Source: Clostridia bacterium (GTDB lineage: Bacteria > Bacillota > Clostridia > Christensenellales > UBA1242). From it: 64,000 bases of DNA. The position numbers were made by a program, and so were the translations under genes. Each line of letters opens with the position of its first letter. The stretch's first letter is position 1. Of the stretch, positions 30,690-42,773 are shown one piece after another. The notes under the pieces were generated by a model. That model saw nothing but the letters and a program-made list of their open reading frames with translations. It was not told where the DNA came from and made no database searches. The DNA lies in NCBI GenBank assembly GCA_041670165.1, contig JBAXZR010000004.1, positions 6,918 to 70,917 of the forward strand. The letters are read 5' to 3'.

Positions 30690-31316
30690 ATGGCAAATAT
30701 TAAAGTTTATAACATGCTTAATGAAGAAGTTGGTTCTCTTTCACTCAATGACGAAGTGTTTGGTGTTCCATATAACGAACCATTGATACACGAAGTTGTT
30801 GTTGCTCAAGATGCTGACGCAAGACAAGGAACAAAAAGCACTCTTACAAGAAGCGAAGTTCGTGGACATGCTAAGAAACCTTGGAAACAAAAACATACAG
30901 GCAGAGCAAGACATGGTTCAACCAAAGGTCCACAATGGACAGGTGGTGGAATTGTATTCGCTCCAAAGCCAAGAGACTTTTCAAAGAAAGTTAACAAGCA
31001 AGCTAGAGTTGGAGCATTTGTTAGTGCTCTTAGCCAAAAACTTGCTCAAGATGAATTGGTTGTTGTTGATAATTTTGTTATTAATGAACCAAAAACAAAA
31101 GAAATTGTTACATTCCAAGAAAAATTTAACCTTAAAGGTAACACAGTGCTTGTTTTAGCTAATAAAGATGAAAAAGTTTTGAGAGCTACAAACAATATTC
31201 CAGATTTTGGAGTTACAACTGTTGATATTCTTAATGTTAAAGACATCGTTGGAAGCAGCAAACTCATTTTCTCACAAGAAGCAATTAAATCAATAGAGGA
31301 GGCCTGTGGAAGATAA
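30690..31316 (+). CDS. rplD: 50S ribosomal protein L4
   Basis: KPWKQKHTGRARHGS..GGGIVFAPKPR. Confidence 0.99.
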   Translation: MANIKVYNMLNEEVGSLSLNDEVFGVPYNEPLIHEVVVAQDADARQGTKSTLTRSEVRGHAKKPWKQKHTGRARHGSTKGPQWTGGGIVFAPKPRDFSKKVNKQARVGAFVSALSQKLAQDELVVVDNFVINEPKTKEIVTFQEKFNLKGNTVLVLANKDEKVLRATNNIPDFGVTTVDILNVKDIVGSSKLIFSQEAIKSIEEACGR

Positions 31317-31618
31317 TGAAAGCATATGAAATTATAAAGAAGCCAATTCTTTCTGAAAAAAGTTATGCAGGCATCGCTAACAAAACTTATACTTTTGAAG
31401 TTTCTAAAGAAGCAAGCAAAGTTGAAATCAGAAAAGCAATTGAAGAAATTTTCAAAGTTAAAGTTGAAAATGTTAACACTCTTAATGTTAAGGGACACGA
31501 AAAATCACAGAATACAAAAACTGGAAGAACAGTAGGAAAAACTAGCGACTACAAAAAGGCAATTGTTACTCTTACTAAAGAAAGTAAACCAATTCCGTTC
31601 TTCGAAAGTTTGAAGTAA
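31316..31618 (+). CDS. rplW: 50S ribosomal protein L23
   Basis: IIKKPILSEKS..YKKAIVTL. Confidence 0.98.
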   Translation: MKAYEIIKKPILSEKSYAGIANKTYTFEVSKEASKVEIRKAIEEIFKVKVENVNTLNVKGHEKSQNTKTGRTVGKTSDYKKAIVTLTKESKPIPFFESLK

Positions 31619-31633
31619 TTAGGGGAGGAAAAA

Positions 31634-32458
31634 ATGAGCATTCGTAAAATGAAATCACTTACGCCAGCTACAAGATTTAAAAGCCTTCCTTCTTTCGAAG
31701 AAGTTACAAAGAAGAGCCCAGAAAAATCCCTTCTTGCTACAAAGAAAAAATTTGCAGGAAGAAACAATGCCGGCAAAATTTCCGTTCGCCATATTGGTGG
31801 TGGAAATCGTCAAAAATATCGTATCATCGATTTCAAGAGAAACAAAGATGGCATTCCTGCCAAAGTTGTTGCAATTGAATATGACCCAAACCGCACAGCT
31901 TATATTGCACTTCTTTCTTATGTTGATGGAGAAAAAAGATATATCATCGCTCCACTTGGACTTACTGTTGGTGAAACAATTGTAAGCGGAAAGAATATTG
32001 AAATTAAAGTTGGAAATGCAATGCCTATTGGTGAAATTCCAGTTGGAACATTTGTTCACAATGTTGAACTTATCCCTGGAAACGGAGCTGTTATGGCAAG
32101 AAGCGCTGGAGCAAATATTCAGCTTATGGCAAAAGAAGACGGTTTCGCTCTTCTAAAAATGCCTAGCGGAGAAATTAGAAAAGTTCTTCTTAACTGCAAA
32201 GCAACAATTGGACAAGTTGGAAATTTAGATCATGAACTTGTTTCACTTGGTAAAGCAGGAAGAAAACGCCATATGGGAATTCGTCCTACAGTTCGTGGTG
32301 TTGTTATGAACCCTTGCGATCACCCTCATGGTGGTGGTGAAGGTAAATCACCTGTCGGAATGGCTGGACCTGTTACTCCATGGGGTAAACCAACTCTTGG
32401 CTACAAGACAAGAAATAAGAAAAAATCTAACAGATTAATTGTTAAAAGGGTAAATTAA
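31634..32458 (+). CDS. rplB: 50S ribosomal protein L2
   Basis: [26 protein letters not shown]. Confidence 0.99.
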   Translation: MSIRKMKSLTPATRFKSLPSFEEVTKKSPEKSLLATKKKFAGRNNAGKISVRHIGGGNRQKYRIIDFKRNKDGIPAKVVAIEYDPNRTAYIALLSYVDGEKRYIIAPLGLTVGETIVSGKNIEIKVGNAMPIGEIPVGTFVHNVELIPGNGAVMARSAGANIQLMAKEDGFALLKMPSGEIRKVLLNCKATIGQVGNLDHELVSLGKAGRKRHMGIRPTVRGVVMNPCDHPHGGGEGKSPVGMAGPVTPWGKPTLGYKTRNKKKSNRLIVKRVN

Positions 32459-32470
32459 GGAGGCGAAGTT

Positions 32471-32776
32471 ATGAGTAGATCATTAAAGAAAAAACCTTTC
32501 GTAGACGAAAGACTTCTCAAAAACATTGTTTCAGCTAGTGAAGCTGGAAGTAGAAAAGTTATCAAAACTTGGTCTCGTGATTCTGTAATTTATCCAGAAT
32601 TCGTTGGATCAACAATTGCTGTTCACAATGGCAAAAAGCATATACCAGTTTATTGCACAGTCGACATGGTTGGACATAAGCTTGGTGAATTTGCACCAAC
32701 AAGAACATTTAAAGGACACTCAGGAGCAAAAAGTGCTAGCATAGCATCATCAGCACCTGCAGCTGCTAAAAAGTGA
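32471..32776 (+). CDS. rpsS: 30S ribosomal protein S19
   Basis: [23 protein letters not shown]. Confidence 0.99.
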   Translation: MSRSLKKKPFVDERLLKNIVSASEAGSRKVIKTWSRDSVIYPEFVGSTIAVHNGKKHIPVYCTVDMVGHKLGEFAPTRTFKGHSGAKSASIASSAPAAAKK

Positions 32777-32788
32777 GGCTGAGGAAAA

Positions 32789-33175
32789 ATGGCAAAAAGA
32801 ATTAGAGAAAAAGCAGAAAAAAGAATTGCTGAAAAAGATCCACGCCCATTTGCAAAAGCAATGCATGTTGGAATTAGCAGTTCAAAAGTACGAATTGTTC
32901 TTAACACAATTCGTGGACAAAAGGTTGAAGATGCAATTGCTATCTTAGAAAACCTCAACAATATAGCTGCAGAAGCAACACTTAAAGTTGTTTCTTCAGC
33001 AGTAGCAAACGCAGAACACAACAAAGGGCTTAATTGCGAAGATCTCTTTGTTGCTGAAGCTTACGCTTGCCCAGGTCCAACTCTTAAACGCATCATGATT
33101 CGTGCAAGAGGAAGAGCTGACAGAATTTTGAAAAGAACAAGCCACATCACAGTTGTGCTTGATCAAAAGAAATAA
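32789..33175 (+). CDS. rplV: 50S ribosomal protein L22
   Basis: SAVANAEHN..RARGRA..KRTSHITVV. Confidence 0.99.
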   Translation: MAKRIREKAEKRIAEKDPRPFAKAMHVGISSSKVRIVLNTIRGQKVEDAIAILENLNNIAAEATLKVVSSAVANAEHNKGLNCEDLFVAEAYACPGPTLKRIMIRARGRADRILKRTSHITVVLDQKK

Positions 33176-33187
33176 GGAGAGTGCATT

Positions 33188-33871
33188 ATGGGACAAAAAG
33201 TTAGCCCAATAGGGTTTAGAGTTGGCGTTAATAAAGAGTGGGATTCCACTTGGGTTGCCGCTAAAAAAGATATTGCTACATGCATTCTTGAAGACGACAA
33301 AATTCGCAAATTTATTAAAAAACAGTATAGTGCTGCCGCTATTGGAAAAGTTACTATCGAAAGAACAAATTCAAAACTTGTTGTAAACATTTTTACAGCT
33401 CGTCCTGGTGTTTTAATTGGTGTTAAGGGTGCTGGAATTGAATCTTTGAAAAAAGATCTTGCCAAAGTTCAAATTGACAAATCAAAAACACTCTTTGTTA
33501 ACATCAAAGAAATCAAAAAACCAGATCTTGATGCAAATTTAATTGCTGAAGGAATTGCACAACAACTTGAAAAGCGTGTAACATTCCGTAGAGCTCTCAA
33601 AATGGGACTTCAAAAAGCAATGAAATCTGGAGCAAAAGGTTGCAAAGTTCAAGTTAGTGGTGTTGTTGATGGAGCAAATACAATTGGTCGTACAGAAAGA
33701 TATATGGAAGGAACACTTCCACTTCACACTTTGAGATCTGACATTGATTATGGAACATCTGCTGCTTACACAAATTTTGGTAAACTCGGAGTTAAATGCT
33801 GGATTAACAAAGGTGAAATTCTCGGAAAAATAGGCAAACAAGAACTTGCTGCCAAAGGAGGACAAAACTAA
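33188..33871 (+). CDS. rpsC: 30S ribosomal protein S3
   Basis: [25 protein letters not shown]. Confidence 0.99.
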   Translation: MGQKVSPIGFRVGVNKEWDSTWVAAKKDIATCILEDDKIRKFIKKQYSAAAIGKVTIERTNSKLVVNIFTARPGVLIGVKGAGIESLKKDLAKVQIDKSKTLFVNIKEIKKPDLDANLIAEGIAQQLEKRVTFRRALKMGLQKAMKSGAKGCKVQVSGVVDGANTIGRTERYMEGTLPLHTLRSDIDYGTSAAYTNFGKLGVKCWINKGEILGKIGKQELAAKGGQN

Positions 33872-34314
33872 TGTTAATACCAAAAAGAGTTAAAAGAAGA
33901 AGAGTCTTCCGTGGTAGAATGACAGGAAGAGCTCATCGTGGTAATGTTCTCGCTTATGGAGACTTTGGTCTTGTTTCAACAGAACCATGTTGGGTAAAAT
34001 CAAATCAAATTGAAGCAGCCAGAATTGCTATGACAAGATTTATCAAAAGAGGCGGAAAAGTTTGGATTGACATTTTCCCAGACAAACCTGTAACTAAAAA
34101 ACCTGCAGAAACCCGCATGGGCTCAGGAAAAGGTTCAGTTGAATACTGGGTTGCTGTTGTACAACCAGACAGAATACTTTTTGAGATGCAGGGTGTGCCT
34201 GAAGAAATAGCTCGTGAAGCTCTCCGTCTTGCAGGAAGCAAACTTCCTTGCAAAACAAAGTTTATTAAAAGAGAAGCTAATACTAGCGAAGGTGGTGTGA
34301 CAAATGAGAATTAG
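33871..34314 (+). CDS. rplP: 50S ribosomal protein L16
   Basis: [20 protein letters not shown]. Confidence 0.99.
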   Translation: MLIPKRVKRRRVFRGRMTGRAHRGNVLAYGDFGLVSTEPCWVKSNQIEAARIAMTRFIKRGGKVWIDIFPDKPVTKKPAETRMGSGKGSVEYWVAVVQPDRILFEMQGVPEEIAREALRLAGSKLPCKTKFIKREANTSEGGVTNEN

Positions 34315-34513
34315 TGATATTAAAAATCTCACAAATGAAGAACTTTCAGCTAAGCTCGAAGAGCTTAAATCTGAACTTTTCAATTTGCGTTTTTCACACG
34401 CTAGCGGAAATCTTGCAAATCCAATGCTTTTAAACATTGCAAAAAAAGATATTGCAAGAATTAAAACCGTTATTAGAGAAAGAGAAATTGCTGCGAAAGC
34501 AGTAAAAGCGTAA
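34304..34513 (+). CDS. rpmC: 50S ribosomal protein L29
   Basis: [16 protein letters not shown]. Confidence 0.98.
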   Translation: MRISDIKNLTNEELSAKLEELKSELFNLRFSHASGNLANPMLLNIAKKDIARIKTVIREREIAAKAVKA

Positions 34514-34525
34514 GGGGGAGGAAAA

Positions 34526-34792
34526 ATGGAAAACATTGAAAGAAACGCCCGCATAACAAAAGAAGGAATTGTTGTTGGTGCTGGTAAAATGCAAAAAACT
34601 ATTATAGTTGCTGTTACTTCTGATAAGAAACATCCACTATATAAGAAAGTTGTTTCCTCAACCAAAAAATTTAAAGTTCATGATGAAGAAAACATGGCAG
34701 GAATTGGTGACAAAGTTGAAATTGCTGAAACTCGTCACATTTCAAAAGACAAATATTTCCGTCTTGTAAGCATCATTGAGAAAGCAAAATAA
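34526..34792 (+). CDS. rpsQ: 30S ribosomal protein S17
   Basis: [23 protein letters not shown]. Confidence 0.98.
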   Translation: MENIERNARITKEGIVVGAGKMQKTIIVAVTSDKKHPLYKKVVSSTKKFKVHDEENMAGIGDKVEIAETRHISKDKYFRLVSIIEKAK

Positions 34793-34810
34793 GGTAAAGG
34801 AGAAAACAAT

Positions 34811-35179
34811 ATGATTCAACCAGAAAGTAGATTAAAAGTTGCTGATAACACTGGTGCGAAGCAAATTAAGTGCATTCGTGTGCTTGGCGGTTCATTCCGT
34901 CGTAGCGGTAGCATTGGCGACATTATTGTTGCATCCGTTACTTCAGCAATACCAGGTGGTGTTGTTAAAAAAGGTGATGTGGTGAAAGCAGTAATTGTTC
35001 GCACTGCACAAGGAATTAGAAGAGCAGACGGAACACACATTAAATTTGATGATAACGCAGGTGTTATTATTGATGCACAAAAACTTCCAAGAGGCACTCG
35101 CATTTTTGGACCAGTTGCAAGAGAACTTCGTGAAAAAGATTTTATGAAGATTATATCACTTGCACCTGAAGTTGTTTAA
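34811..35179 (+). CDS. rplN: 50S ribosomal protein L14
   Basis: [27 protein letters not shown]. Confidence 0.99.
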   Translation: MIQPESRLKVADNTGAKQIKCIRVLGGSFRRSGSIGDIIVASVTSAIPGGVVKKGDVVKAVIVRTAQGIRRADGTHIKFDDNAGVIIDAQKLPRGTRIFGPVARELREKDFMKIISLAPEVV

Positions 35180-35193
35180 GGAGGAAGGACGAA

Positions 35194-35733
35194 ATGATTA
35201 AGAATTTAAGCGTAAAGAAGGGCGATAAAGTCCTTGTTATTGCTGGAAAAGATAACGGCAAAATCGCAAATGTCATCTCAACTCTCCCTTCAAAAAACAA
35301 GGTTGTTGTTGAAGGCGTAAATATTGCTACAAAGCATAAAAAAGCTCGTAAACAAGACCAAAAGAGCAAAATTGAGAAAGTTGAAGCTGCATTTGATGCT
35401 TCAAATGTTATGGTTGTTTGTGGATCATGCGGAAAAGCAACAAGAGTTGCTCATAAAGAAGTTAATGGTAAGATGGTTCGTGTTTGTAAAAAATGTGGAC
35501 AATCACTTGACAAAGCAGTTGTTAAAGAAGCAAAAAAAGCTAAGAAACCAGCTGTTAAAGTAGAAGAAAAAGAGGTTGTTACTGAAGCTAATGAACAAGC
35601 AGCTAAAGTTTCAACAACTAAAAAGCCTTCAGCTCCAAGAGCAACAAAAAAAATAGCAACAGTAAAAACAACAACAGCGAAAACAGCCACTAGAGTTGCA
35701 GTTAGAAAAACAGCACCTAGTTCAGGAAAGTAA
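35194..35733 (+). CDS. rplX: 50S ribosomal protein L24 with ~70-aa K/A/T-rich C-terminal extension
   Basis: [17 protein letters not shown] motif; CGSC..CKKC; low-complexity tail. Confidence 0.97.
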   Translation: MIKNLSVKKGDKVLVIAGKDNGKIANVISTLPSKNKVVVEGVNIATKHKKARKQDQKSKIEKVEAAFDASNVMVVCGSCGKATRVAHKEVNGKMVRVCKKCGQSLDKAVVKEAKKAKKPAVKVEEKEVVTEANEQAAKVSTTKKPSAPRATKKIATVKTTTAKTATRVAVRKTAPSSGK

Positions 35734-35747
35734 GGAGGAAGAAAAAA

Positions 35748-36356
35748 ATGACAGAAACAGTTAAAAAAACAACAAAAAAAGCTTCCCCAGCTCCTGCTGT
35801 GAAAGCTGAAAACCAAGTTGCAAATCTCAAAAAGGTTTACAAAGAAACAATTATCCCTTTTCTTGTTAAAGAATTTGGATACAAAAACATTAATGAAGTT
35901 CCAAAGATTGAAAAAGTAATTATCAACATGGGACTTGGTGATGTTAAAGACAATTCAAAAAGCTATAACATTGCATTTGAAGAACTTGCTCTTATCGCAG
36001 GACAAAGACCAGTTCCAACACTTGCAAAGAAAGCCATTTCAAACTTCAAACTTAAGGAAGGAATGAAAATTGGTGCAAAAGTAACTCTTCGTGGAAACAA
36101 TATGTATGAATTCATTGAAAGACTTATTAGCATTGCACTTCCAAGAGTAAGAGATTTCCATGGTGTTAATCCAAAAGCTTTTGATGGCAAGGGAAATTAT
36201 TCTTTGGGAATTAAAGAACAGATAATCTTCCCAGAAATTTCCTATGATAAAATTGAAAAAATTCGCGGAATGGATATTTGCTTTGTAACAACTGCAAAAA
36301 CCAACGCTGAAGCATTGTCATTGCTTAAGGCAATTGGCATGCCATTCAAAAGGTGA
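35748..36356 (+). CDS. rplE: 50S ribosomal protein L5 (N-terminal extension)
   Basis: [26 protein letters not shown]. Confidence 0.99.
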   Translation: MTETVKKTTKKASPAPAVKAENQVANLKKVYKETIIPFLVKEFGYKNINEVPKIEKVIINMGLGDVKDNSKSYNIAFEELALIAGQRPVPTLAKKAISNFKLKEGMKIGAKVTLRGNNMYEFIERLISIALPRVRDFHGVNPKAFDGKGNYSLGIKEQIIFPEISYDKIEKIRGMDICFVTTAKTNAEALSLLKAIGMPFKR

Positions 36357-36364
36357 GGTGAATT

Positions 36365-36550
36365 ATGGCAAGAACTGCTCTAAAAAATAAACAGGCTAGA
36401 CCTCAAAAATTTGCAACTCGTGAATACACTCGTTGTTCAATATGTGGTCGTCCACACTCTGTTCTAAAAAAATATGGCATTTGCAGAATTTGTTTCAGAG
36501 AAAAAGCTAACAAAGGCGAAATCCCTGGAATAATGAAGGCAAGCTGGTAA
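36365..36550 (+). CDS. rpsN: 30S ribosomal protein S14, zinc-binding type
   Basis: [16 protein letters not shown]. Confidence 0.99.
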   Translation: MARTALKNKQARPQKFATREYTRCSICGRPHSVLKKYGICRICFREKANKGEIPGIMKASW

Positions 36551-36559
36551 GGGGGGAAT

Positions 36560-36958
36560 ATGATAGTAACAGATCCAATCGCAGATATGCTTACAAGAAT
36601 CCGTAATGGACTCACTGCAAAACAAGCAAGCGTTTTAATCCCAGAATCAAAAGAGAAAAACGCAATAGCATCAATTCTTCTCAATGAAGGCTTCATTGCA
36701 AATGTTGAAAAAGTGGAAATTGATGGATTAAAAAATATTAAAGTAACTTTCAAATTTGGCCCAAGTAACGAAAGCGTTATTCAAGGACTTAAGAGAATTT
36801 CAAAACCAGGTCTTAGAGTTTATGCTCCAGCCGAAAAACTCCCAAGAGTTATTGGCGGACTTGGAATTGCAATTGTTTCAACAAACAAAGGAATTATGAC
36901 AGATAAACAAGCTAGAACTGCTAATGTTGGCGGCGAAGTGCTTGCTTATGTGTGGTAA
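36560..36958 (+). CDS. rpsH: 30S ribosomal protein S8
   Basis: [29 protein letters not shown]. Confidence 0.99.
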   Translation: MIVTDPIADMLTRIRNGLTAKQASVLIPESKEKNAIASILLNEGFIANVEKVEIDGLKNIKVTFKFGPSNESVIQGLKRISKPGLRVYAPAEKLPRVIGGLGIAIVSTNKGIMTDKQARTANVGGEVLAYVW

Positions 36959-36976
36959 TAAGGGGGGAGGAAAAGT

Positions 36977-37525
36977 ATGTCAAGAATCGGAAGAACACCA
37001 ATTACTCTCACTGCTGGAGTTTCAGCCAAAATTGAAGGGAAAAAAGTTACAATTACTGGACCAATAGGAACTCTTTCTCAAGAAGTTGATAACTGCATCA
37101 AAGTTGAAATTAAAGATAATGTTATTCACCTTACAAGAAATAGTGAAGAAAACGAAGTTAAGGCAAAACACGGTTTGTATCGTGCACTTATCAACAACAT
37201 GGTTAATGGAGTTGTTAAGCCTTATGCAAAAAAACTTATTATTAATGGTGTTGGTTTCAAAGCTACAAAAGTTGGACAAAAACTTGTTTTGAACCTTGGA
37301 TTTTCACATCCAGTTGAACTTACACCAGAACAAGGAATCAATATTGAATGCCCAAGCATAACAGAAATTGTAGTTTCAGGCATTAACAAAGAAAAAGTCG
37401 GACAATTCGCAGCTCAGGTTCGTGATTTGAAAAAAGTTGAGCCATATCATGGCTATGGAATTCGTTACTCGGATGAAGTTGTTGTGAAGAAAGAAGGAAA
37501 AACTTCTGGCAAAGGCAAAAAGTAA
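36977..37525 (+). CDS. rplF: 50S ribosomal protein L6
   Basis: [23 protein letters not shown]. Confidence 0.99.
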   Translation: MSRIGRTPITLTAGVSAKIEGKKVTITGPIGTLSQEVDNCIKVEIKDNVIHLTRNSEENEVKAKHGLYRALINNMVNGVVKPYAKKLIINGVGFKATKVGQKLVLNLGFSHPVELTPEQGINIECPSITEIVVSGINKEKVGQFAAQVRDLKKVEPYHGYGIRYSDEVVVKKEGKTSGKGKK

Positions 37526-37539
37526 GAGAGGGAAGGAAT

Positions 37540-37908
37540 ATGTTTAATAAAGAAGATAAAAATGAAATCAGACTAGCTCGTCATGCTAGAGTAAGAAAAA
37601 CAGTTTCCGGAACTGCTGAAAGACCAAGACTTTGCGTTTATCGTAGTCTTGTTGCAATTTATGCTCAAATCATTGATGACAACACAGGTAACACACTTGT
37701 AAGTGCTTCTTCAAAAGAAAAAGATATGCTTGCTAAAACTGCTGGCAAAAACAAAACACAAGTTGCTGAAATTGTTGGTAGTGAAATTGCTACTAGAGCA
37801 AAAGCAAAAAAAATCAATGCAGTTGTTTTTGATCGTGGTGGATATATTTATACAGGAAGAATCAAAGCTTTGGCTGAAGGCGCAAGAGCCGCTGGCCTTG
37901 AGTTTTAA
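37540..37908 (+). CDS. rplR: 50S ribosomal protein L18
   Basis: [26 protein letters not shown]. Confidence 0.99.
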   Translation: MFNKEDKNEIRLARHARVRKTVSGTAERPRLCVYRSLVAIYAQIIDDNTGNTLVSASSKEKDMLAKTAGKNKTQVAEIVGSEIATRAKAKKINAVVFDRGGYIYTGRIKALAEGARAAGLEF

Positions 37909-37923
37909 GGAGGATGAGCAAAA

Positions 37924-38460
37924 ATGGAAAATAGAGAAGAAAAGAAACCATTCAACAGAAAAAGAGATGACAGACCAAGAAGAGAAGAATCTGACATTGA
38001 TAAAAAGCTCGTTTCATTACGCCGTGTAACAAAAGTTGTTAAAGGCGGTCGTACAATGAAATTCTCTGCCGTTGTTGTTGTTGGTGACAAGAAAGGCTCA
38101 ATCGGAATTGGAATGGGAAAAGCAAAAGAAGTTCCTCTTGCAATTGAAAAAGCGACAACTAATGGTCGTAAGAACATGCAAAAAGTGAATGTTGTTAATG
38201 GAACAATACCTCATGAAACAACTGCTGCTTATGGTGCTAGCAAAATTATTTTGCTTCCAGCCAAAGAAGGAACTGGTGTTATAGCCGGTGGAAGTGCCAG
38301 ATCAGTTATTGAACTTGCAGGAATCAAAAACATTGTGACAAAAATTCACGGTTCTTCAAACAAGACAAACTGCGTAAAAGCAACACTTAAAGGTCTTTTG
38401 AGTCTTAGAACAAAAGAACAAATTGCTGCACTTCGTGGAAAGTCTGTTGAAGAAATTTAA
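37924..38460 (+). CDS. rpsE: 30S ribosomal protein S5
   Basis: [18 protein letters not shown]. Confidence 0.99.
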   Translation: MENREEKKPFNRKRDDRPRREESDIDKKLVSLRRVTKVVKGGRTMKFSAVVVVGDKKGSIGIGMGKAKEVPLAIEKATTNGRKNMQKVNVVNGTIPHETTAAYGASKIILLPAKEGTGVIAGGSARSVIELAGIKNIVTKIHGSSNKTNCVKATLKGLLSLRTKEQIAALRGKSVEEI

Positions 38461-38474
38461 GAGAGGGCAAAAAA

Positions 38475-38687
38475 ATGGCAAGCAAAAAACAAACAAATAA
38501 ACTTAAGGTAACGCTTATCAATAGCCCAATTGGCTATGATAAAAGCCAACGCGAAGTATGTGTTGCTTTGGGACTCAAAAAAATAGATTCATTCAATATT
38601 TTACCAGATAATGATGCTGTTCGTGGCGCTATTTTCAAGGTTAAACACTTGGTAAAAGTTGAAGAAGTGAAAGGAGAAGCAAAATGA
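38475..38687 (+). CDS. rpmD: 50S ribosomal protein L30
   Basis: [23 protein letters not shown]. Confidence 0.97.
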   Translation: MASKKQTNKLKVTLINSPIGYDKSQREVCVALGLKKIDSFNILPDNDAVRGAIFKVKHLVKVEEVKGEAK

Positions 38688-39130
38688 AATTGCACACACT
38701 TTCTCCCGCAGCAAATTCTCGTACAAAAAGCATTCGTAAGGGTAGAGGAACGGGAAGCGGAATTGGAAAAACAAGCGGAAAAGGATCAAAAGGTCAGAAC
38801 GCAAGAAGCGGTGGCGGAGTACGCCTAGGTTTTGAAGGCGGACAAATCCCATTGGTTAGAAGAATTCCTATTCGTGGTTTCAACAACTATGAATTCGATA
38901 AAGTATATGCGATTGTAAACATTGGTGATTTAGATATCTTTGATGCTAACACTGTTGTTACACAAGAGTTGCTTTATGAAAATAGAGTAATCGGAAAAAT
39001 TCAGCCTTATGGTTTAAAAGTTCTCGGAAATGGAGATCTTACAAAACCATTGGTAATTAAAGCTAAAAAATTCTCCGCATCAGCTCTTGAGAAAATTGCT
39101 AAAGCTGGTGGTAAAGCTGAGGTGATTTAA
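38684..39130 (+). CDS. rplO: 50S ribosomal protein L15
   Basis: [27 protein letters not shown]. Confidence 0.99.
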   Translation: MKLHTLSPAANSRTKSIRKGRGTGSGIGKTSGKGSKGQNARSGGGVRLGFEGGQIPLVRRIPIRGFNNYEFDKVYAIVNIGDLDIFDANTVVTQELLYENRVIGKIQPYGLKVLGNGDLTKPLVIKAKKFSASALEKIAKAGGKAEVI

Positions 39131-40413
39131 TGTTCAAAACATTAATTAACGCATTTAGAATAAAAGAAGTTCGTGCCAAAATACTTTTGACACTTCTTCT
39201 TTTGTTAGTTTATCGTGTAGGTTGCTTTTTGCCTGTTCCCGGAATTAATGTTTCAGTTTTTACGGAAGCAGCATCAGAAGGCTTTTTGAACATTTTAAGT
39301 TCAATCAGTGGTGGATCACTTAGTAATGGAGCATTTCTTGCTCTTGGTGTAACACCATATATTAGTGCGTCTATCATTATTCAACTTCTTTCAATTGCTT
39401 TGCCAAGTCTTGAAAAACTTGCAAGACAAGGTGAAGAAGGCAGAAAGAAAATGAACATGTACACCCGAATTGCAGCACTTGTGCTTTCAATCGGACAGGC
39501 AGGCGGAATTGTTCTTTCAATAGCTGATTCAGTTAAACCAATTTGGTCAGGAGCTTCAACAGCCATCACAAGCATTTTCGTTGCACTAATTTTAGTTGCT
39601 GGCGGAATGTTTACAGTTTGGCTTGGTGAAAGAATTTCTGACATAGGTGCAGGCAATGGACTTTCTCTTCTCATTTTTGTGGGAATTTTGAGTTCAGCAG
39701 GTGCAAGCCTACTTTCATCTATGCAATCAGTTTTTGCAGATATTGAAAACATATATCCAATTCTTGGTTTCTTGATTGCCGTTATTGTAATTTTTGCTCT
39801 AATTGTTTTTGTTGATATGGCAGAACGAAAAGTTCCAGTTCAATATGCAAAACAAATGAAAGGCAGAAAAATGTATGGTGGACAATCAACTTACATTCCA
39901 ATCAGAGTAAATGCAAACGGTGTTATTCCAATCATCTTTGCTTCAGCGCTCTTAACATTCCCTCAACTTTTGATGAGTATGTTTTGGCCAACTAGCAATG
40001 CAATGGTTTGGTATTCACAAAATCTAGGAATGGGCTCATGGCTCAACTTGGTTTTGACAAGTGTTTTGATTTTATTCTTTGCATTCTTCTATTCACAAAT
40101 TTCATTTAATCCTGAAGAGATTTCAAAACAAATTCAATCCAATGGTGGCTTTATTCCAGGAATTCGTCCCGGAAGACCAACCACAGAACAACTAAAAAAG
40201 ATTTCTAACAGAATAACTTTGTTTGGTGCCATATTCCTTGCGTTTATTGCACTTGTACCAAGCCTTGTATTCAAGGGAGTTGGTGGAACAAGTTCTCTTA
40301 TCAATGCGTTTACCGCTACAGGAATGTTGATTGTTGTTTCAGTTGCACTCGAATTTGATAAACAAATACAATCACTTATACTTATGAAACAATACAAAGG
40401 ATTTTTAAAATAA
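39130..40413 (+). CDS. secY: Preprotein translocase subunit SecY
   Basis: ALGVTPYISASIIIQLL, WLGERI, GVIPIIFA, IPGIRPG. Confidence 0.99.
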   Translation: MFKTLINAFRIKEVRAKILLTLLLLLVYRVGCFLPVPGINVSVFTEAASEGFLNILSSISGGSLSNGAFLALGVTPYISASIIIQLLSIALPSLEKLARQGEEGRKKMNMYTRIAALVLSIGQAGGIVLSIADSVKPIWSGASTAITSIFVALILVAGGMFTVWLGERISDIGAGNGLSLLIFVGILSSAGASLLSSMQSVFADIENIYPILGFLIAVIVIFALIVFVDMAERKVPVQYAKQMKGRKMYGGQSTYIPIRVNANGVIPIIFASALLTFPQLLMSMFWPTSNAMVWYSQNLGMGSWLNLVLTSVLILFFAFFYSQISFNPEEISKQIQSNGGFIPGIRPGRPTTEQLKKISNRITLFGAIFLAFIALVPSLVFKGVGGTSSLINAFTATGMLIVVSVALEFDKQIQSLILMKQYKGFLK

Positions 40414-40470
40414 GAGATTATTTTGTAAATAGTCAGTATTGAAAATTATAAATATTTGATTGGAGGATTG

Positions 40471-41088
40471 ATGAGAATCGTTATGCTCGGAGCTCCTGGT
40501 TCTGGAAAAGGAACTTTGGCTTCAAAAATTTGCGAGTTATATAGAATTCCACACATATCTACAGGTGAAATATTAAGAAATGAAGTTAAAAATGAAACAC
40601 CAATTGGCATTGAAATTAAAGAAATTATGACTTCAGGTAAATTAGTTCCAGACTCATTAATTATTGACATCACCAAAAACCGAATAAGTGAATCTGATTG
40701 TAAAAATGGATTTATTCTTGATGGCTTTCCAAGAACAATTGAACAAGCAAAAGCTCTTGAGAAAATTACATCAATTGATTTGGTTGTTTCAATCAGAATT
40801 TCAAATGAAAAAGTTGTTGAACGAATTGCAGGTAGAAGAACTTGTCCAACATGCGGAGAAATATATCACACATCATGGCACAAAGAAAACACCTGCTCAA
40901 AATGTAATTCAAAACTTGTTCAAAGAGATGATGAAAAAACAGAAACTGTTTTAGACCGACTTGTTGTGTTTGAAAAACAAACTGCCCCTCTTGTTCAGTT
41001 TTATGAAAAAATGGGAAATTTGATTTGGGTTGACAGCGGTAACACTGCTGAAGAAACCTTTAGGGAATTCCAAACCAAACTTTCTTAA
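40471..41088 (+). CDS. adk: Adenylate kinase (zinc LID)
   Basis: GAPGSGKGT, HISTG, LDGFPRT, CPTC..CSKC; ATG 40471 after GGAGG. Confidence 0.97.
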   Translation: MRIVMLGAPGSGKGTLASKICELYRIPHISTGEILRNEVKNETPIGIEIKEIMTSGKLVPDSLIIDITKNRISESDCKNGFILDGFPRTIEQAKALEKITSIDLVVSIRISNEKVVERIAGRRTCPTCGEIYHTSWHKENTCSKCNSKLVQRDDEKTETVLDRLVVFEKQTAPLVQFYEKMGNLIWVDSGNTAEETFREFQTKLS

Positions 41089-41101
41089 AATGGAGAACAA
41101 A

Positions 41102-41842
41102 ATGACTTCAAAAACCCCTGCAGAAATCGTGCTTATGCGTATGGCTGGCAAAATTACCGGCGATGCACTCAAAGTAGCGGAAAAAGCAATTAAACCCGGT
41201 GTTTCCACTTTGGAAATTAATGCACTTGTTGATGATTACATTCGTTCACAAGGTGCAATTCCTACCTTTTTAGGTTTTGATGGCTATCCATTCTCAATAT
41301 GTGCTTCAGTAAATGAAGCAGTTGTTCATGGATTCTCTAATAGTGAACCTTTAAAAGAAGGCGATATTGTTGGAATTGATGTTGGAGCTTGTTACAAAGG
41401 TTTCAATGGAGATGCAGCAAGAACATTTGCGGTAGGAAAAATTTCAAAAGAAACTCAAGAACTCATCGATGTTACAAAACAAAGTTTTTTTGAGGGTATC
41501 AAAGCTCTTAAAGTTGGCGGTAAAATTTCTGATGTATCAAGAGCAATTCAAACTTATGTTGAAAATCATGGATTTTCAGTTGTTAGAGAATTGGTTGGAC
41601 ATGGTATTGGAAGAGAAATGCATGAAGATCCACAAATACCAAATTATGTTGACAAGCACTCTTCTCCAACCGTTGTTGAAAATGCGTGTCTTGCAATTGA
41701 GCCTATGGTTAACCAAGGCAAAAAAGAAGTTTGGTTGCTTGAAGATGGTTGGACAGTTGTAACAAGAGATGGTAAACCTTCAGCCCATTATGAAAATACC
41801 GTGCTTGTAACAAAAGACGGAGTGGAGATTTTGACAATATGA
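41102..41842 (+). CDS. map: Methionine aminopeptidase type I
   Basis: SVNEAVVHG, DVG..GD.ARTF, GHGIG..MHEDP, AIEPM, AHYENT. Probable start is ATG 41102 after GGAG. Confidence 0.97.
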   Translation: MTSKTPAEIVLMRMAGKITGDALKVAEKAIKPGVSTLEINALVDDYIRSQGAIPTFLGFDGYPFSICASVNEAVVHGFSNSEPLKEGDIVGIDVGACYKGFNGDAARTFAVGKISKETQELIDVTKQSFFEGIKALKVGGKISDVSRAIQTYVENHGFSVVRELVGHGIGREMHEDPQIPNYVDKHSSPTVVENACLAIEPMVNQGKKEVWLLEDGWTVVTRDGKPSAHYENTVLVTKDGVEILTI

Positions 41843-42153
41843 AACAAAAAATTGACTACTCAATAGGTGAAATTGTAACCTCTATAAGCGGTCGAGATGT
41901 CAACACAAATTATATAGTGATTAAAAATGTTGATGATGACTTTGTCTATGTTGCAAATGGCAAAACAAAATTTTTGGAAAAACCAAAATTAAAGAGAAAA
42001 AAACATTTAAAATCAAAAAATCAAATTTTGGAAGTAATAAAAGAAAAACTTGTAAGTAACAAAAAAGTGTACGATGAGGAAATATTTAGTGCTTTCCGCA
42101 AAAATAATATTGATTTTTTTGAAAAGGAGATTGAATGTCAAAAGAAGATGTGA
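41839..42153 (+). CDS. KOW-domain RNA-binding protein (L14e-like)
   Basis: [11 protein letters not shown]...V.VANGK...[10 protein letters not shown]; conserved map-KOW-infA position in Firmicutes. Confidence 0.85.
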   Translation: MKQKIDYSIGEIVTSISGRDVNTNYIVIKNVDDDFVYVANGKTKFLEKPKLKRKKHLKSKNQILEVIKEKLVSNKKVYDEEIFSAFRKNNIDFFEKEIECQKKM

Positions 42154-42356
42154 TAGAATTTGAAGGAGTGGTTGTGGAAGTTCTTCCTTCCACAACATTT
42201 AAGGTGCAACTTTCCAACGGACATATTATTAGTGCTTATATTTCAGGAAAACTTCGCCTTAACTCAATTAAAATCTTGGAAGGAGATAAAGTTAAAATTG
42301 AAATGAGTCCATATGATTTAACCAAAGGTAGAATCACATGGAGAAGTAAAAATTAA
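42135..42356 (+). CDS. infA: Translation initiation factor IF-1
   Basis: [30 protein letters not shown]. Confidence 0.99.
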   Translation: MSKEDVIEFEGVVVEVLPSTTFKVQLSNGHIISAYISGKLRLNSIKILEGDKVKIEMSPYDLTKGRITWRSKN

Positions 42357-42519
42357 CTAATGCCTTTCATGGCATTCGTGCATTGAAATTTTTTGACTTA
42401 TTCAAAAAAATATATGCTCAGAAAAAGTTCTACAATGCTTTTCACTCTAACATTGCAAACTAATCCCCATTTTCAAAAAAATCAGAAAAAAGTGAAATAA
42501 TAATATAAGGAGAATTAGT

Positions 42520-42636
42520 ATGAAAGTAAGTCCATCAGTAAAACCTCGTTGCAAAGATTGCAAGATAATCAAAAGAGAAGGCAAGGTTATGTGCATTTGT
42601 TCAAAAGTTAAAAAACACAAACAAACTCAAGGTTAA
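42520..42636 (+). CDS. rpmJ: 50S ribosomal protein L36 (not in ORF track)
   Basis: Manual translation [47 protein letters not shown]. Confidence 0.97.
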   Translation: MKVSPSVKPRCKDCKIIKREGKVMCICSKVKKHKQTQG

Positions 42637-42773
42637 TCATAATAAGCTAAAAGAGCTCGCATAAATGGGCGGCTGGTGATTTTTATGCAAAACATAAATG
42701 TCACTACCATTTTGCGTTTTAATAAATCGCAAACATAGGGTTTGCATAAAACAAAATTTTCGGAGGAGAGAAT

